This document shows, piece by piece, positions 26,359 to 36,059 of a DNA stretch of 64,000 bases (position 1 is its first letter; each line of letters starts with the position of its first letter). Source of the stretch: Ammonifex sp. (GTDB taxonomy: Bacteria > Bacillota > Desulfotomaculia > Desulfotomaculales > DYER01); the NCBI GenBank assembly GCA_020725605.1, contig DYER01000030.1, positions 83 to 64,082 on the forward strand. Reading direction: 5' to 3'. The notes under the pieces were generated by a model. The model was given only the letters and a program-made list of their open reading frames with translations. It had not been told where the DNA came from and ran no database searches. Made by a program: the position numbers and the translations under genes.

Positions 26359-27264
26359 TCAGTCGAAGAGGGCCTCCACGAACCGGGCGGGGTCGAAGGG
26401 CTGGAGGTCCTCCAGGTCCTCGCCCACGCCGACGAATTTCACAGGTATGCCGAGCTGCTCCTGGATGGCCACCACGATGCCGCCCCTGGCCGTGCCGTCC
26501 AGCTTGGTCAAAACGATGCCCGTCACGCCCGCGGCCTCCAGGAAGAGGCGCGCCTGGTTGACGGCGTTCTGGCCCGTGGTGGCGTCCAGCACCAGGAGCA
26601 CCTCGTGGGGGGCCCCGGGCACCTCCCGGGCCACCACGCGCCGGATCTTGGCCAGCTCCTCCATGAGGTTCTTCTTGGTGTGGAGGCGGCCCGCCGTGTC
26701 CACGATTACCACGTCGGCCCGCCGGGCCCGGGCCGCCTGCACGGCGTCGAAGGCCACCGCGGCGGGGTCCGCCCCCTCCCGCTGCTTGACGACCTCCACG
26801 CCGGCCCGCCGGGCCCAGATCTCCAGCTGCTCTATCCCTGCGGCCCGAAAGGTGTCGGCCGCGGCCACCAGGACCCGCTTCCCGTCCTGCCTCCACAGGT
26901 GGGCCAGCTTGGCCACGGTGGTGGTCTTGCCCGTCCCGTTCACGCCCACCACCAGCACCACGGCCGGCTGCCCGTCCAGATTTACGGTCCGGCCGTCCGG
27001 GCCCAGCCGCGCCAGCAGGCGCTCGCGTAAACGCGCCTTAACCTCGGCGGGACCTGCGGCCCTGCCGCCCACGGCGCGCCGCAGTTCTTCGACCAGGGAG
27101 GCGGCCGTGGCCGCCCCCACGTCGGCCTGGACGAGCAGGGCCTCCAGTTCCTCCAGCAGTTCCTCGTCCACGCACGAGGCGCGCCCCGCCAGGGCTTCCA
27201 GGCGTCCCACCAGGCTCTGGCGGGTGCGGGCCAGGCCGTTTTTAAGCCGGCTCAAGAACCCCAT
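26359..27264 (-). CDS. ftsY: Signal recognition particle receptor FtsY
   Basis: 301 aa. GVNGTGKTTTVAKLA, DTAGRLH, TKLDGTARGG. Confidence 0.9.
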   Translation of the reverse strand: MGFLSRLKNGLARTRQSLVGRLEALAGRASCVDEELLEELEALLVQADVGAATAASLVEELRRAVGGRAAGPAEVKARLRERLLARLGPDGRTVNLDGQPAVVLVVGVNGTGKTTTVAKLAHLWRQDGKRVLVAAADTFRAAGIEQLEIWARRAGVEVVKQREGADPAAVAFDAVQAARARRADVVIVDTAGRLHTKKNLMEELAKIRRVVAREVPGAPHEVLLVLDATTGQNAVNQARLFLEAAGVTGIVLTKLDGTARGGIVVAIQEQLGIPVKFVGVGEDLEDLQPFDPARFVEALFD

Positions 27265-27970
27265 AGCCCTCGTCCTCCAGCAACTCCAGCAGCGCCCGCG
27301 CCGCCTCCTGTTCGGCCTCCTTCTTGGACCGTCCCGTCCCGCGGGTCAGCGGCCGGCCGCGCCAGGTGGTGGCCGCGGTGAAGGTTTTGGCGTGGTCCGG
27401 GCCCTCCTCGCCCACGATCGCGTACTCCACGGGTTCCAGGCCGCGGGCTTGCAGCGCTTCCTGCAGCCGGGTCTTGTAATCCCGCTCCGCGCCACCGGCG
27501 GCGACCTCGGCCAGCACCGGGGCCAGCCAGGTCAGGGCCACCCGGCGCGCCGCATCCAGCCCCCGGTCCAGGTAGACGGCTCCCAGCAGGGCCTCGAAGG
27601 CGTCGGCCAGTATGGAGGGTCTCTCACGTCCCCCGCCCTTTTCCTCCCCGCGGCCCAGCCGCAGGGCGCTCCCCAGGTCCAGGGCCCGGGCCGCCCGCAC
27701 CAGGGAGGGCTCGCAGACCACGGCGGCCCGCATTCTGGTCAGGTCTCCTTCCTCGCGGTCCGGGTACTCACGGAAGAGGTACTCGCTTATCACCAGCTCC
27801 AGCACCGCGTCGCCCAGGAACTCCAGCCGCTGGTTGTTCCGTACCGGGGGCAGCTGCCGCTCCGCCGCGAAGGAGCCGTGGGTGAGGGCGCGGATCAGCA
27901 GATCCCGGTTCTGAAAAGAGAAGCCCAGGGCGCGTTCCAGGCGCGCCAGGTCCCCGTCATGCCCCGCCAT
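27242..27970 (-). CDS. rnc: Ribonuclease III
   Basis: RNase III signature [15 protein letters not shown], plus a C-terminal dsRBD (...GPDHAKTF...[12 protein letters not shown]). The start is probably the ATG at 27970. Confidence 0.9.
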   Translation of the reverse strand: MAGHDGDLARLERALGFSFQNRDLLIRALTHGSFAAERQLPPVRNNQRLEFLGDAVLELVISEYLFREYPDREEGDLTRMRAAVVCEPSLVRAARALDLGSALRLGRGEEKGGGRERPSILADAFEALLGAVYLDRGLDAARRVALTWLAPVLAEVAAGGAERDYKTRLQEALQARGLEPVEYAIVGEEGPDHAKTFTAATTWRGRPLTRGTGRSKKEAEQEAARALLELLEDEGYGVLEPA

Positions 27971-29219
27971 CGGCGCCGTCCTCCACGTACCGGCCGAAAA
28001 CAAGCGTGACGTTGTGCCCGCCGAAACCCAGGGAATTGGACAGGGCCCTGTCGACCCTGGCCGGCCGCGCCACGTTGGGCACGTAGTCCAGGTCGCACTC
28101 GGGGTCCGGTTCCTCGTAGTTGATGGTGGGGGGGATGACGCCGCGGACCATGGTCAGGATGGTGGCCACGGCCTCGATGGCCCCCGCGGCCCCCAGGAGA
28201 TGCCCGATCATGGACTTGGTCGAGCTGACGGGAATCCGGTAGGCCCGGGAGCCGAAGACCTGTTTGATGGCCAGACTCTCCAGCCGGTCGTTGAGGGGCG
28301 TGGAGGTGCCGTGGGCGTTGATGTAGTCGATGTCCTGGGGACCGAGGCCCGCATCGGCCAGGGCCGCGGCCATGGCCAGGGCCGCACCCGCCCCCTCGGG
28401 ATCGGGCGCCGTGATGTGGTAGGCGTCGCAACTGCTCCCGTAGCCCAGCACCTCGGCGTAGATCCTGGCCCCCCGCCGGCGCGCATGGGATAGGCCCTCC
28501 AGGACGAGGACCGCGGCCCCCTCGGACATCACGAAGCCGTCTCGGCCCGCGTCGAAGGGCCGGCAGGCCCGTTCCGGCTCCCCGTTGCGGGTGGAGAGGG
28601 CCTTCATGGCGCAGAAACCGGCCACCGAAAGGGGCGTGATGGGCGCCTCCGTGCCGCCCGTGACGGCCACGTCCACCTGTCCCCGCTGGATCATTTTGAA
28701 GGCGTCGCCGATGGCGTTGGCGCCGGAGGCGCAGGCCGTAACGGTGGTGACGTTGGGCCCGCGGAAGCCGAAGGTGATGGCGATCTGGCCCGCCGCCATG
28801 TTGGGGATCATCATGGGCACGAAGAAGGGGCTGATGCGCCCCGGCCCCCGGTTCACCAGGACCCGCGCCTGGTCCTCCAGCGTCTCGATGCCGCCGATGC
28901 CGCAGCCCAGAATGACCGCCACCCGGTCGCGGTCGAGGCCGCCGGTGCCCAGGCCCGCGTCCTCCAGGGCCATCCCGGCGGCGGCCACTGCGAACTGGGT
29001 GAAGCGGTCCATGCGCCGCGCCTCTTTTTTGTCCAGGTAACGGGTGGGGTCGAAGTCGCGCACCTCTCCCGCGATCCTGGTGGCGAACTCCGAGGCGTCG
29101 AAGCGCGTTATGGGCCCGATCCCGGAGCGGCCGGCCACCAGCGCCGACCAGAAGGCCTCCAGGCCGGTGCCGACCGGGGAGACGACCCCCATCCCCGTGA
29201 CCACTACGCGTTCCCGCAA
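27957..29219 (-). CDS. fabF: 3-oxoacyl-[ACP] synthase II
   Basis: 420 aa. ...[15 protein letters not shown]..., ...[12 protein letters not shown]..., ...GHLLGAAG... Confidence 0.95.
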   Translation of the reverse strand: MRERVVVTGMGVVSPVGTGLEAFWSALVAGRSGIGPITRFDASEFATRIAGEVRDFDPTRYLDKKEARRMDRFTQFAVAAAGMALEDAGLGTGGLDRDRVAVILGCGIGGIETLEDQARVLVNRGPGRISPFFVPMMIPNMAAGQIAITFGFRGPNVTTVTACASGANAIGDAFKMIQRGQVDVAVTGGTEAPITPLSVAGFCAMKALSTRNGEPERACRPFDAGRDGFVMSEGAAVLVLEGLSHARRRGARIYAEVLGYGSSCDAYHITAPDPEGAGAALAMAAALADAGLGPQDIDYINAHGTSTPLNDRLESLAIKQVFGSRAYRIPVSSTKSMIGHLLGAAGAIEAVATILTMVRGVIPPTINYEEPDPECDLDYVPNVARPARVDRALSNSLGFGGHNVTLVFGRYVEDGADGGA

Positions 29220-29271
29220 ACCGCAACCTCCTTGACCGGGAAAAGCCCCGGGTCCTCGCCCCGGGACCTTC

Positions 29272-29505
29272 CTACTGCCGCTCCTGGATGTATTTCACCG
29301 CGTCCCCCACGGTCCGGATTTTCTCGGCGTCCTCGTCGGGTATCTCCATGTCGAATTCCTCTTCGAAGGCCATCACCAGCTCTACGATGTCCAGGGAATC
29401 GGCCCCCAGGTCCTCCACGAAGGAGGCTTCGGGGGTCACCTCGTCTTCGTCCACGCCCAGCTGCTCTACAATGATGTTCTTCACCCGCTCGAAAATCGAC
29501 GCCAT
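29272..29505 (-). CDS. acpP: Acyl carrier protein
   Basis: 77 aa, with the phosphopantetheine attachment motif LGADSLD. Confidence 0.95.
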   Translation of the reverse strand: MASIFERVKNIIVEQLGVDEDEVTPEASFVEDLGADSLDIVELVMAFEEEFDMEIPDEDAEKIRTVGDAVKYIQERQ

Positions 29506-29524
29506 CTCCGTTATCCCCCCGTTC

Positions 29525-30265
29525 TCATGTCATGCCGCCGTCCACCGCAATAACCTGGCCGGTGATGTAGCCCGCGCCCTCGCCGGCCAGGAATACCACC
29601 AGTGCCGCCACCTCCTCCGGCCTGCCGAAACGGCCCAGGGCCACGCCGGCCAGCAGACGGTCCTTCGTTTCCTGCGGCAGGCCCTCGGTCATGGAGGTGA
29701 GGATGAAGCCGGGCGCCACGGCGTTGACGGTGATGTTGCGCGACCCCAGCTCCCTGGCCAGGGCGCGCGTGAAGCCGATCAACCCCGCCTTGGCGGCCGC
29801 GTAATTGGCCTGCCCGGCGTTGCCCAGGATGCCGATTACCGAACTGATGTTGATGATGCGGCCCCAGCGCTGGCGCAGCATGGCCCGGGCCGCGGCCCGG
29901 GTCACCAGGAAGGCCCCTTTGAGGTCCACGTCGAGTACCGTGTCCCAGTCCTCCTCCTTCATGCGCACCAGGAGCGTGTCCCGGGTCACCCCGGCGTTGT
30001 TGACCAGCACGTCCAGCCGGCCCCACTCGGCGAGCACCCGGTCCACCATGGCCTGGGCGTCGGCGGCGCTGGCCACGTTCCCGGGCAGGACCAGGCACCG
30101 GCGGCCGGCTTTTCGTATCTCGGCCGCCACCTCTTCGGCCGCCGCCCTCTGGGTCAGATAGTTGACGGCCACGTCCGCGCCCGCCGCGGCCAGGCCCAGG
30201 GCCACCGCCCGTCCGATACCCCGCGAGGCCCCGGTTACCAGGGCCGTCCTGCCATCAAGCATCAT
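29525..30265 (-). CDS. fabG: 3-oxoacyl-[ACP] reductase
   Basis: SDR motifs TGASRGIG and YAAAKAG. The ATG at 30265 is just after the fabD stop. Confidence 0.9.
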   Translation of the reverse strand: MMLDGRTALVTGASRGIGRAVALGLAAAGADVAVNYLTQRAAAEEVAAEIRKAGRRCLVLPGNVASAADAQAMVDRVLAEWGRLDVLVNNAGVTRDTLLVRMKEEDWDTVLDVDLKGAFLVTRAAARAMLRQRWGRIINISSVIGILGNAGQANYAAAKAGLIGFTRALARELGSRNITVNAVAPGFILTSMTEGLPQETKDRLLAGVALGRFGRPEEVAALVVFLAGEGAGYITGQVIAVDGGMT

Positions 30266-30266
30266 T

Positions 30267-31205
30267 TTAGCCAACCCCCCCGACGACCGCAAGAACTTTT
30301 TCCAGGGAGGAGGGGTCCTCAACGTTGAGGGTCGTAACGTCCCTGGCGATTTGGCGGAGCAGCCCGGTCAGCGCCCGGCCCGGGCCCACCTCGACGAAGG
30401 TCGAGGCACCGTCGGCGAGCAGGCGTCGCACGCTCTCCTCCCAGCGCACGGGCCCGGCCGCCTGAAGGCCCAGGGCCCTGCGCACCTCGCCGGCGGTGCG
30501 CACGTAGTCCGCGTGGACGTTGGCCACCACAGGTATTTGCGGGTCGCGGATTTCCGTGCGGTCCAGGTCGGCCCGCAACCGTTCCGCGGCCGGGGCCATC
30601 AGGCGGGAGTGGAAGGGGGCGCTCACGTTGAGGCGCACGCACTTCCTGGCCCCGGCGGCCAGGGCCAGGCGGGAGGCTTCCTCCAGGGCCGCGTTCTCTC
30701 CGGCGATGACGATCTGCCCCGGAGAGTTGTAGTTCACGGGCTCCACCACGCCGCGGGCCGCGGCCGCGCGGCAGACCTCCTCCACCTTCTCCCTTGCCAG
30801 GCCCAGCACCGCCACCATGCCGCCCCTTCCCAGGGGCACGGCCTCCTGCATGTAGCGGCCCCGCCTGTGCACCAGGACCACCGCGTCGCGGAATGCCAGG
30901 GCCCCGGCCGCCACCAGGGCCGCGTACTCGCCCAGGCTGTGGCCCGCCGCGGCGTCGGGCTCCAGGCCGTGCCGGCGCAGGACCGCCAGGCAGGCAACGC
31001 TGACCGTCAGGACCGCCGGCTGGCAACACTCGGTCTCGGCCAGGCGCTCGGCGGGGCCCTCGAAGCACAGCCCGGTCACGCTCCACCCCAGGGCCGCGTC
31101 GGCCTCCTCGAACACGGCCCGCGCCTCGGGATAAATCTCGTAGAATTCCCGGCCCATACCGACGTACTGGGAACCCTGGCCGGGGAAGAGAAAGACCGTT
31201 TTCAT
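30267..31205 (-). CDS. fabD: Malonyl CoA-ACP transacylase
   Basis: MKTVFLFPGQGSQYVGMG...GHSLGEYAAL... The ATG at 31205 overlaps the fabK stop (ATGA). The longer ORF-track call (to 32003) is an off-frame extension. Confidence 0.9.
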   Translation of the reverse strand: MKTVFLFPGQGSQYVGMGREFYEIYPEARAVFEEADAALGWSVTGLCFEGPAERLAETECCQPAVLTVSVACLAVLRRHGLEPDAAAGHSLGEYAALVAAGALAFRDAVVLVHRRGRYMQEAVPLGRGGMVAVLGLAREKVEEVCRAAAARGVVEPVNYNSPGQIVIAGENAALEEASRLALAAGARKCVRLNVSAPFHSRLMAPAAERLRADLDRTEIRDPQIPVVANVHADYVRTAGEVRRALGLQAAGPVRWEESVRRLLADGASTFVEVGPGRALTGLLRQIARDVTTLNVEDPSSLEKVLAVVGGVG

Positions 31206-32152
31206 CTGGCCTCCACCAGCCCCGGCAGGCGGCGCAGGATGGCGGCGGCCTCGCCCACGACCTCCTGTATGATTTCCCGGGCCGGCTGGATCTTCCTGAC
31301 CATGGCGGCCACCTGTCCGGCCATCACGGACCCGTACTCCACGTCGCCTTCTACCATGGCGGCCCTGAGGCGGCCCGCGCCCAGGGCCTCCAGTTCCTCC
31401 ACGGACGCGCCCCTGCTCTCCAGGAGTTCGAACTCCCGGGCCAGCTTGTTGCGCAAGACCCGCACCGGGTGCCCGGTGGAGCGGCCGGTGACCACGGTGT
31501 CGCGGTCGCGGGCCCTGATCAGGAACTCCTTTACGCGGGGGTGGATCTGACACTCCTCGGCCGACATGAAGCGCGTGCCCATCTGCACGCCCGCGGCCCC
31601 CAGGGCCAGGGCCGCCACCAGCCCCCGCCCGTCGAAGATGCCGCCGGCCGCCACCACCGGAATCCTCACCGCGTCCACGACCTGCGGAACCAGGGCCATG
31701 GTGGTGATCTCCCCTATGTGCCCCCCGGACTCCAGGCCCTCGGCGATCACGGCGTCCACCCCGGCCCGCTCCAGGCGCTGGGCCAGGGCCACCGAGGAAA
31801 CCACCGGCAGGACTTTGGTGCCGCGGCGCCGGAATTCCTCCACGTACTTGCCGGGGTTCCCGGCGCCCGTGGTCACCACCGGCACCCGCTCCTCCAGGAG
31901 CACACCGATCACTTCCTCGGCAAAGGGCGAGCGCAGCATGACGTTGACCCCGAAGGGCCGGTCCGTAAGCTCCCTCACCAGCCGCACCTGCTCCCGCACC
32001 CAATCGGGCGGCGCGTTGCCGGTCCCGATGATGCCCAGGCCCCCGGCCTCGGAAACCGCCGCCGCCAGCCGGGCCTCCGACACCCAGGCCATGCCGCCCT
32101 GCATGATGGGATAACGAACGCCCAGCAGGTCACACAGTACCGTCCTCAGCAA
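31202..32152 (-). CDS. fabK: Enoyl-[ACP] reductase II (FMN-dependent, nitronate monooxygenase fold)
   Basis: 316 aa. ...YPIMQGGMAWVS...AGGIFDGRG... Position within the fab cluster supports the call. Confidence 0.85.
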   Translation of the reverse strand: MLRTVLCDLLGVRYPIMQGGMAWVSEARLAAAVSEAGGLGIIGTGNAPPDWVREQVRLVRELTDRPFGVNVMLRSPFAEEVIGVLLEERVPVVTTGAGNPGKYVEEFRRRGTKVLPVVSSVALAQRLERAGVDAVIAEGLESGGHIGEITTMALVPQVVDAVRIPVVAAGGIFDGRGLVAALALGAAGVQMGTRFMSAEECQIHPRVKEFLIRARDRDTVVTGRSTGHPVRVLRNKLAREFELLESRGASVEELEALGAGRLRAAMVEGDVEYGSVMAGQVAAMVRKIQPAREIIQEVVGEAAAILRRLPGLVEAR

Positions 32153-32164
32153 CGGCTCTCCTCC

Positions 32165-33238
32165 TTACGGCGGGGAATCTTGTCCCGGTAATTCGTTTTG
32201 GCCCCCGGCCGGCGCCACGCCGGCGGCGCGCCCCCGGGCTTCCGGCAGCCAGCGCACCAGCGCGCCGCCCCAGGTCAGCCCGGTGCCGAAGGCCACCATC
32301 ACCACGTAGTCCCCCGGCCGGATGTAGCCCCCGTCCAGGGCTTCCTTCAGGGCCACCGGAATGGAGGCCGCAGACGTGTTGCCGTACCGGTCCAGATTGA
32401 CGAAAACCCGGTCCATACCCAGTCCCAGGCGTTTGGCGGCGGCCTCGATGATGCGCAGGTTGGCCTGGTGCGGTATCAGGCAGCCGACCCGGTCCGGGCC
32501 GACGCCCGCTTTCCTGAGCACCTCCAGGGCCACCTCCCCCATGACCCGCACGGCAAACTTGAAGATTTCGCGTCCCTGCATGTGAATGGTGTGCAGCCTG
32601 CGGTCCACGGTCTCGTGGCTGGCCGGGAGCCTGGACCCGCCCGCAGGAAGGGTGAGCAGGGGCCCGCCGGAGCCGTCGGCCCGCAGGGAGAAGGACAGCA
32701 CCCCGTAGCCCTCCGGCACCGGCTCCAGAACCACGGCCCCGGCGGCGTCGCCGAAAAGAATGCAGGTGCCCCGGTCCTCCCAGTTGACCATTTTGGAAAG
32801 GCTGTCCGCCCCCGCCACCAGTACCTTTTCTGCGGCGCCGGTCATGATGAACTGGCTGCCGATGGACAGGGCGTAAATGAACCCCGTGCAGCCCGCGGAA
32901 ACGTCGAAGGCCCCGGCCCGGCGGGCCCCCAGGGCGTCCTGCACCAGGCAGGCGGTGGCGGGAAAAAACATGTCCGGGCTGTTGGTGGCCACGATCACCA
33001 GGTCCAGATCCTCGGGAGCCACCCCGGCCTGCGCCAGGGCCTCCCGGGCCGCGGCCAGGGCCAGGTCCGAACTCGCCTGTTCCGGGGCCGCGATGCGCCG
33101 CTCCCGGATCCCCGTGCGTTCGACGATCCACTCGTTGCTCGTCTCAACCATCCGCTCCAGGTCCTCGTTGGTCAGAACGCGCTGCGGAGCGTAAGCGCCC
33201 ACGCCCACAATGCCCGCGTAACGCAAGGTCTCAGGCAT
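32165..33238 (-). CDS. fabH: 3-oxoacyl-[ACP] synthase III
   Basis: ...GIVGVGAYAPQRVLTNEDL...SAGCTGFIYAL...HQANLRI...GNTSAASIP... Confidence 0.9.
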   Translation of the reverse strand: MPETLRYAGIVGVGAYAPQRVLTNEDLERMVETSNEWIVERTGIRERRIAAPEQASSDLALAAAREALAQAGVAPEDLDLVIVATNSPDMFFPATACLVQDALGARRAGAFDVSAGCTGFIYALSIGSQFIMTGAAEKVLVAGADSLSKMVNWEDRGTCILFGDAAGAVVLEPVPEGYGVLSFSLRADGSGGPLLTLPAGGSRLPASHETVDRRLHTIHMQGREIFKFAVRVMGEVALEVLRKAGVGPDRVGCLIPHQANLRIIEAAAKRLGLGMDRVFVNLDRYGNTSAASIPVALKEALDGGYIRPGDYVVMVAFGTGLTWGGALVRWLPEARGRAAGVAPAGGQNELPGQDSPP

Positions 33239-34241
33239 CCACCCCGGCCTCCCTGAGGGTCGCATTCTCCACGCGCATGCGAATGCCGGCCACCAGTTCC
33301 TGGATACTGGCCTCGCCCGCGGCCCGCACGGCGTTTTTGATGGCCCGGGCCCTGGAGCGCCCGTGGGCCACGATGACCACTCCGTTCACGCCCAGCAAGG
33401 GCGCGCCCCCGTACTCGGCGTAGTCCAGCCGCCGCCTCAGGCCGCGTACGGCGGTCCAGGCCAGGGCCACCCCCAGCCGGGCCGTAACCCTTTTTCCGAC
33501 TTCCTCCCCCAGCAGGCTTTCCAGGGTTTTAATGAGCCCCTCGCTGGCCTTCAGCACTACGTTGCCCACGAACCCGTCACAAACCACCACGTCGGCGGTA
33601 CCGGCAAAAACGTCGTGCCCCTCCACGTTGCCCACGAAGTTGAGACCGGCCTGCCGCAGGAGCGGCAGCGTGGCCAGGGTCAGTTCGTTGCCCTTGCAAT
33701 CCTCGCCGCCCACGCTCAAAAGTCCCACGCGCGGCCGCGGCACGCCCAATACCTTTTCGGCATACACGGCGCCCATTACGGCGAACTGGACCAGGTTGTG
33801 GGGTTTGCAGTCCACGTTGGCGCCCACGTCCAGGAGCACGGTGCGGCCCGTGGCATTGGGTATCACGCTGGCGATGGCCGGGCGGTCGATGTTCCCGACG
33901 CGGCCCAGAACGAGCAGGGCCGCGGCCATGGTGGCGCCGGTGTGGCCGGCGGATACCGCCGCGTCCGCCAGACCCTCCTTGACCAGGCTGACGGCGCGCA
34001 CGATGGAAGACTGTTTTTTACGCCGCACCGCCCCCGCCGGCGCCTCGTGCATGGCCACGACCTCGGGCGCGTGCACGATTTCCACCCGCCGGCGTCGCGA
34101 GTAGCGCACGTGCTTCTTGATGGCCTCTTCCTGCCCCACCAGAATCACGGTGTGCCCCAGTTCTTCGGCGGCGGCCAGAGCTCCGGCCACAACCTCGCCG
34201 GGAGCGTAGTCGCCGCCCATGGCGTCCACCGCCACCCGCAT
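33231..34241 (-). CDS. plsX: Phosphate acyltransferase PlsX
   Basis: MRVAVDAMGGDYAP...GFVGNVVLK... The ATG at 34241 is just after the fapR stop. Confidence 0.9.
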   Translation of the reverse strand: MRVAVDAMGGDYAPGEVVAGALAAAEELGHTVILVGQEEAIKKHVRYSRRRRVEIVHAPEVVAMHEAPAGAVRRKKQSSIVRAVSLVKEGLADAAVSAGHTGATMAAALLVLGRVGNIDRPAIASVIPNATGRTVLLDVGANVDCKPHNLVQFAVMGAVYAEKVLGVPRPRVGLLSVGGEDCKGNELTLATLPLLRQAGLNFVGNVEGHDVFAGTADVVVCDGFVGNVVLKASEGLIKTLESLLGEEVGKRVTARLGVALAWTAVRGLRRRLDYAEYGGAPLLGVNGVVIVAHGRSRARAIKNAVRAAGEASIQELVAGIRMRVENATLREAGVDA

Positions 34242-34245
34242 GGCG

Positions 34246-34824
34246 TCATGCCTCCCCCCCCATGGCAACCACCAGAAAGCGCCCCTCCATTACCACGTCG
34301 TTCTGCACGGTGGAGGTTACTTTTACCACGTATTTATTTCCCTTTTTCATCCCGATAGTCGCCCGCGCCAGCACCTTCTCGCCGTAATAGACCGGCCGCC
34401 GGAAGCGCACGCGGGCCGACCCCGTCACCACCACCTCGCTGTCGATGAGGGCCACGGCCAGGGAATTGGCCTGGGCGAAGAGATAGTGGCCACGCGCCAT
34501 CCTGGTCCTGCGCAACACCATGTCCCTGGTCACGGTCAGAATGGAGGTGGCCCTGAGCCCCGCCACCAGTTCGACCAGCTCACCGATGAGTTCGCCCTCC
34601 GCGAGGGAACGGGGCAGTTCCGCCCCGCCGCGGGCCAGCTGCTTTAGCCGCTCCCGCAATTCCGGGATCTGCAGCCGCAGGCGGTCGAGACGGACGGTCT
34701 GTACGCTGACCCCCAGCACCTGGGCCAGGTCCTCGTCGGTAAGGAAGGGGTTCGTGCGCAGGTAACCGGCCAGCAGTTCCTGGCGCTGCGTTCTCCTTCT
34801 GCCCCGGCCAGCCAACATTACCAC
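34246..34824 (-). CDS. fapR: Fatty acid/phospholipid synthesis transcription factor FapR
   Basis: 192 aa. N-terminal HTH (...NPFLTDEDLAQVLGVSVQTVRLDR...) plus a C-terminal hot-dog domain, located upstream of plsX. Confidence 0.85.
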   Translation of the reverse strand: MVMLAGRGRRRTQRQELLAGYLRTNPFLTDEDLAQVLGVSVQTVRLDRLRLQIPELRERLKQLARGGAELPRSLAEGELIGELVELVAGLRATSILTVTRDMVLRRTRMARGHYLFAQANSLAVALIDSEVVVTGSARVRFRRPVYYGEKVLARATIGMKKGNKYVVKVTSTVQNDVVMEGRFLVVAMGGEA

Positions 34825-34879
34825 CCTTGTTTAGTACCAGGTGCTAAAGTAAGTATAATGAAAGGGTTGCCCCAATGCA

Positions 34880-34908
34880 ATAAAAAATTGGCGGGGAATC
34901 CCGCCAAA
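34880..34908 (-). terminator. Rho-independent terminator after rpmF
   Basis: The minus strand reads TTGGCGGGattcCCCGCCAA followed by TTTTTTATT, about 10 nt after the rpmF stop. Confidence 0.75.
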
Positions 34909-34917
34909 TTCCTCCCT

Positions 34918-35097
34918 TTATTCTTTTGCACCGATTACCTGCCGCCTGCGGTAGTGGCCGCATTCCGGACAGGCCCGGTGGGAGATCACCGGCGTGTGAC
35001 ACTGGGGGCACGGTACCAGATGCACCGGGTCCAGCTTATAGTGGGCCCGCCGCATGCGCCCCCTCCTCTTCGATACCCTGCGCTTGGGAACGCCCAT
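34918..35097 (-). CDS. rpmF: 50S ribosomal protein L32
   Basis: Below the ORF-track cut-off. Manual translation gives MGVPKRRVSKRRGRMRRAHYKLDPVHLVPCPQCHTPVISHRACPECGHYRRRQVIGAKE. Confidence 0.9.
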   Translation of the reverse strand: MGVPKRRVSKRRGRMRRAHYKLDPVHLVPCPQCHTPVISHRACPECGHYRRRQVIGAKE

Positions 35098-35172
35098 TTC
35101 CTGCTACCTCCCCGGTGTAACGGTCTCCGTAAAACTTCCGGCCGCGACGGCCCGCACCCCCGTGTCCGTACC

Positions 35173-35718
35173 TCAACGGGACCCGTCTTCCCGGTCCCGC
35201 AACAGTTCCCGCAGGGCCGCCAGCCGCGGGTCTACTTCCTCCCTCCGGCACCCACAGGCGCCGGCCTCGAGCGGGCGCCCGCAAACGGGACACAGACCGG
35301 GACAGTCTGGCCGGCACAGGGGCTTCATGGGCAGGGCCGCAAAAAATTCCCTGGCCAGTTCCGGCCGCAGGTCAAGTACCTCGCCCCGCACGGGCAGCCA
35401 GTCCCCGCCTCCGGCCCCTTCCTGGGCCACCATTTTACACGTCTCGGCCAGCGTCACCTCTATGGGGTGGGCAAAACGCTCGAGGCAGCGGCTGCAGGTC
35501 AGTACGAGGCTTCCCCTGGCCCGGCCTTCCAACCAGAAGGAGCCCGGCCCGGTGGCGGTGACCTCGACCGCTACCTCCACCGGACCCGCGAAGGGTATTT
35601 CCTCGCCGCCGGCCTCCAGCGGCGGTAACTCGCCGGACCAGGCCCAGCGGCGGGTTTCTCCGATCTCGCCCTTGAAGGCCCCGAAATCTATGAGCACGGC
35701 CACCACCCCGGGCAACAA
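35173..35718 (-). CDS. yceD: YceD/DUF177 family protein (23S rRNA accumulation protein)
   Basis: 181 aa with a C-terminal CRPDCPGLCPVCG...CGC motif, located upstream of rpmF as in most bacteria. Confidence 0.85.
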   Translation of the reverse strand: MLPGVVAVLIDFGAFKGEIGETRRWAWSGELPPLEAGGEEIPFAGPVEVAVEVTATGPGSFWLEGRARGSLVLTCSRCLERFAHPIEVTLAETCKMVAQEGAGGGDWLPVRGEVLDLRPELAREFFAALPMKPLCRPDCPGLCPVCGRPLEAGACGCRREEVDPRLAALRELLRDREDGSR

Positions 35719-35769
35719 AACACAGAGTAAATTATAACCGGGCCCGCGGGAGCCGTCAACGCCCGCCGT

Positions 35770-35994
35770 CTATTTCAGGTCCACGTACTTTAACCGTACC
35801 AGCCGGTGGCCGACCGGGTCCACGGCGAGGCGCGACTGTCGAGCAGGGGCTCGTACCGGCCGTCTGCTGGTTCCATGGGGATGAAGGTCACTTCGTTGAA
35901 GACGGGTTCGAAGTCGACCAGGGCATCGCACCTGATCTGATAAGGAGGGCTCCAGAACGTTGGAGATCATAACCTGAACGACTATCCTGCCCAT
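35770..35994 (-). pseudogene. Possible frameshifted remnant of a small retropepsin-like (clan AA) aspartic protease gene
   Basis: The frames stitch to MGRIVVQVMISNVLEP.. / ..IRCDALVDFEP...MEPADGRYEPLLD.. / ..RLAVDPVGHRLVRLKYVDLK. The local sequence is less GC-rich than the flanks. The catalytic DTG is absent. Confidence 0.25.
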
Positions 35995-36059
35995 TTCCGA
36001 GGCCCCCCTGGCGAAGTTCTAACCGGCCCGCCCGTCCGCATATTAAGGGGTCGGGAGGG

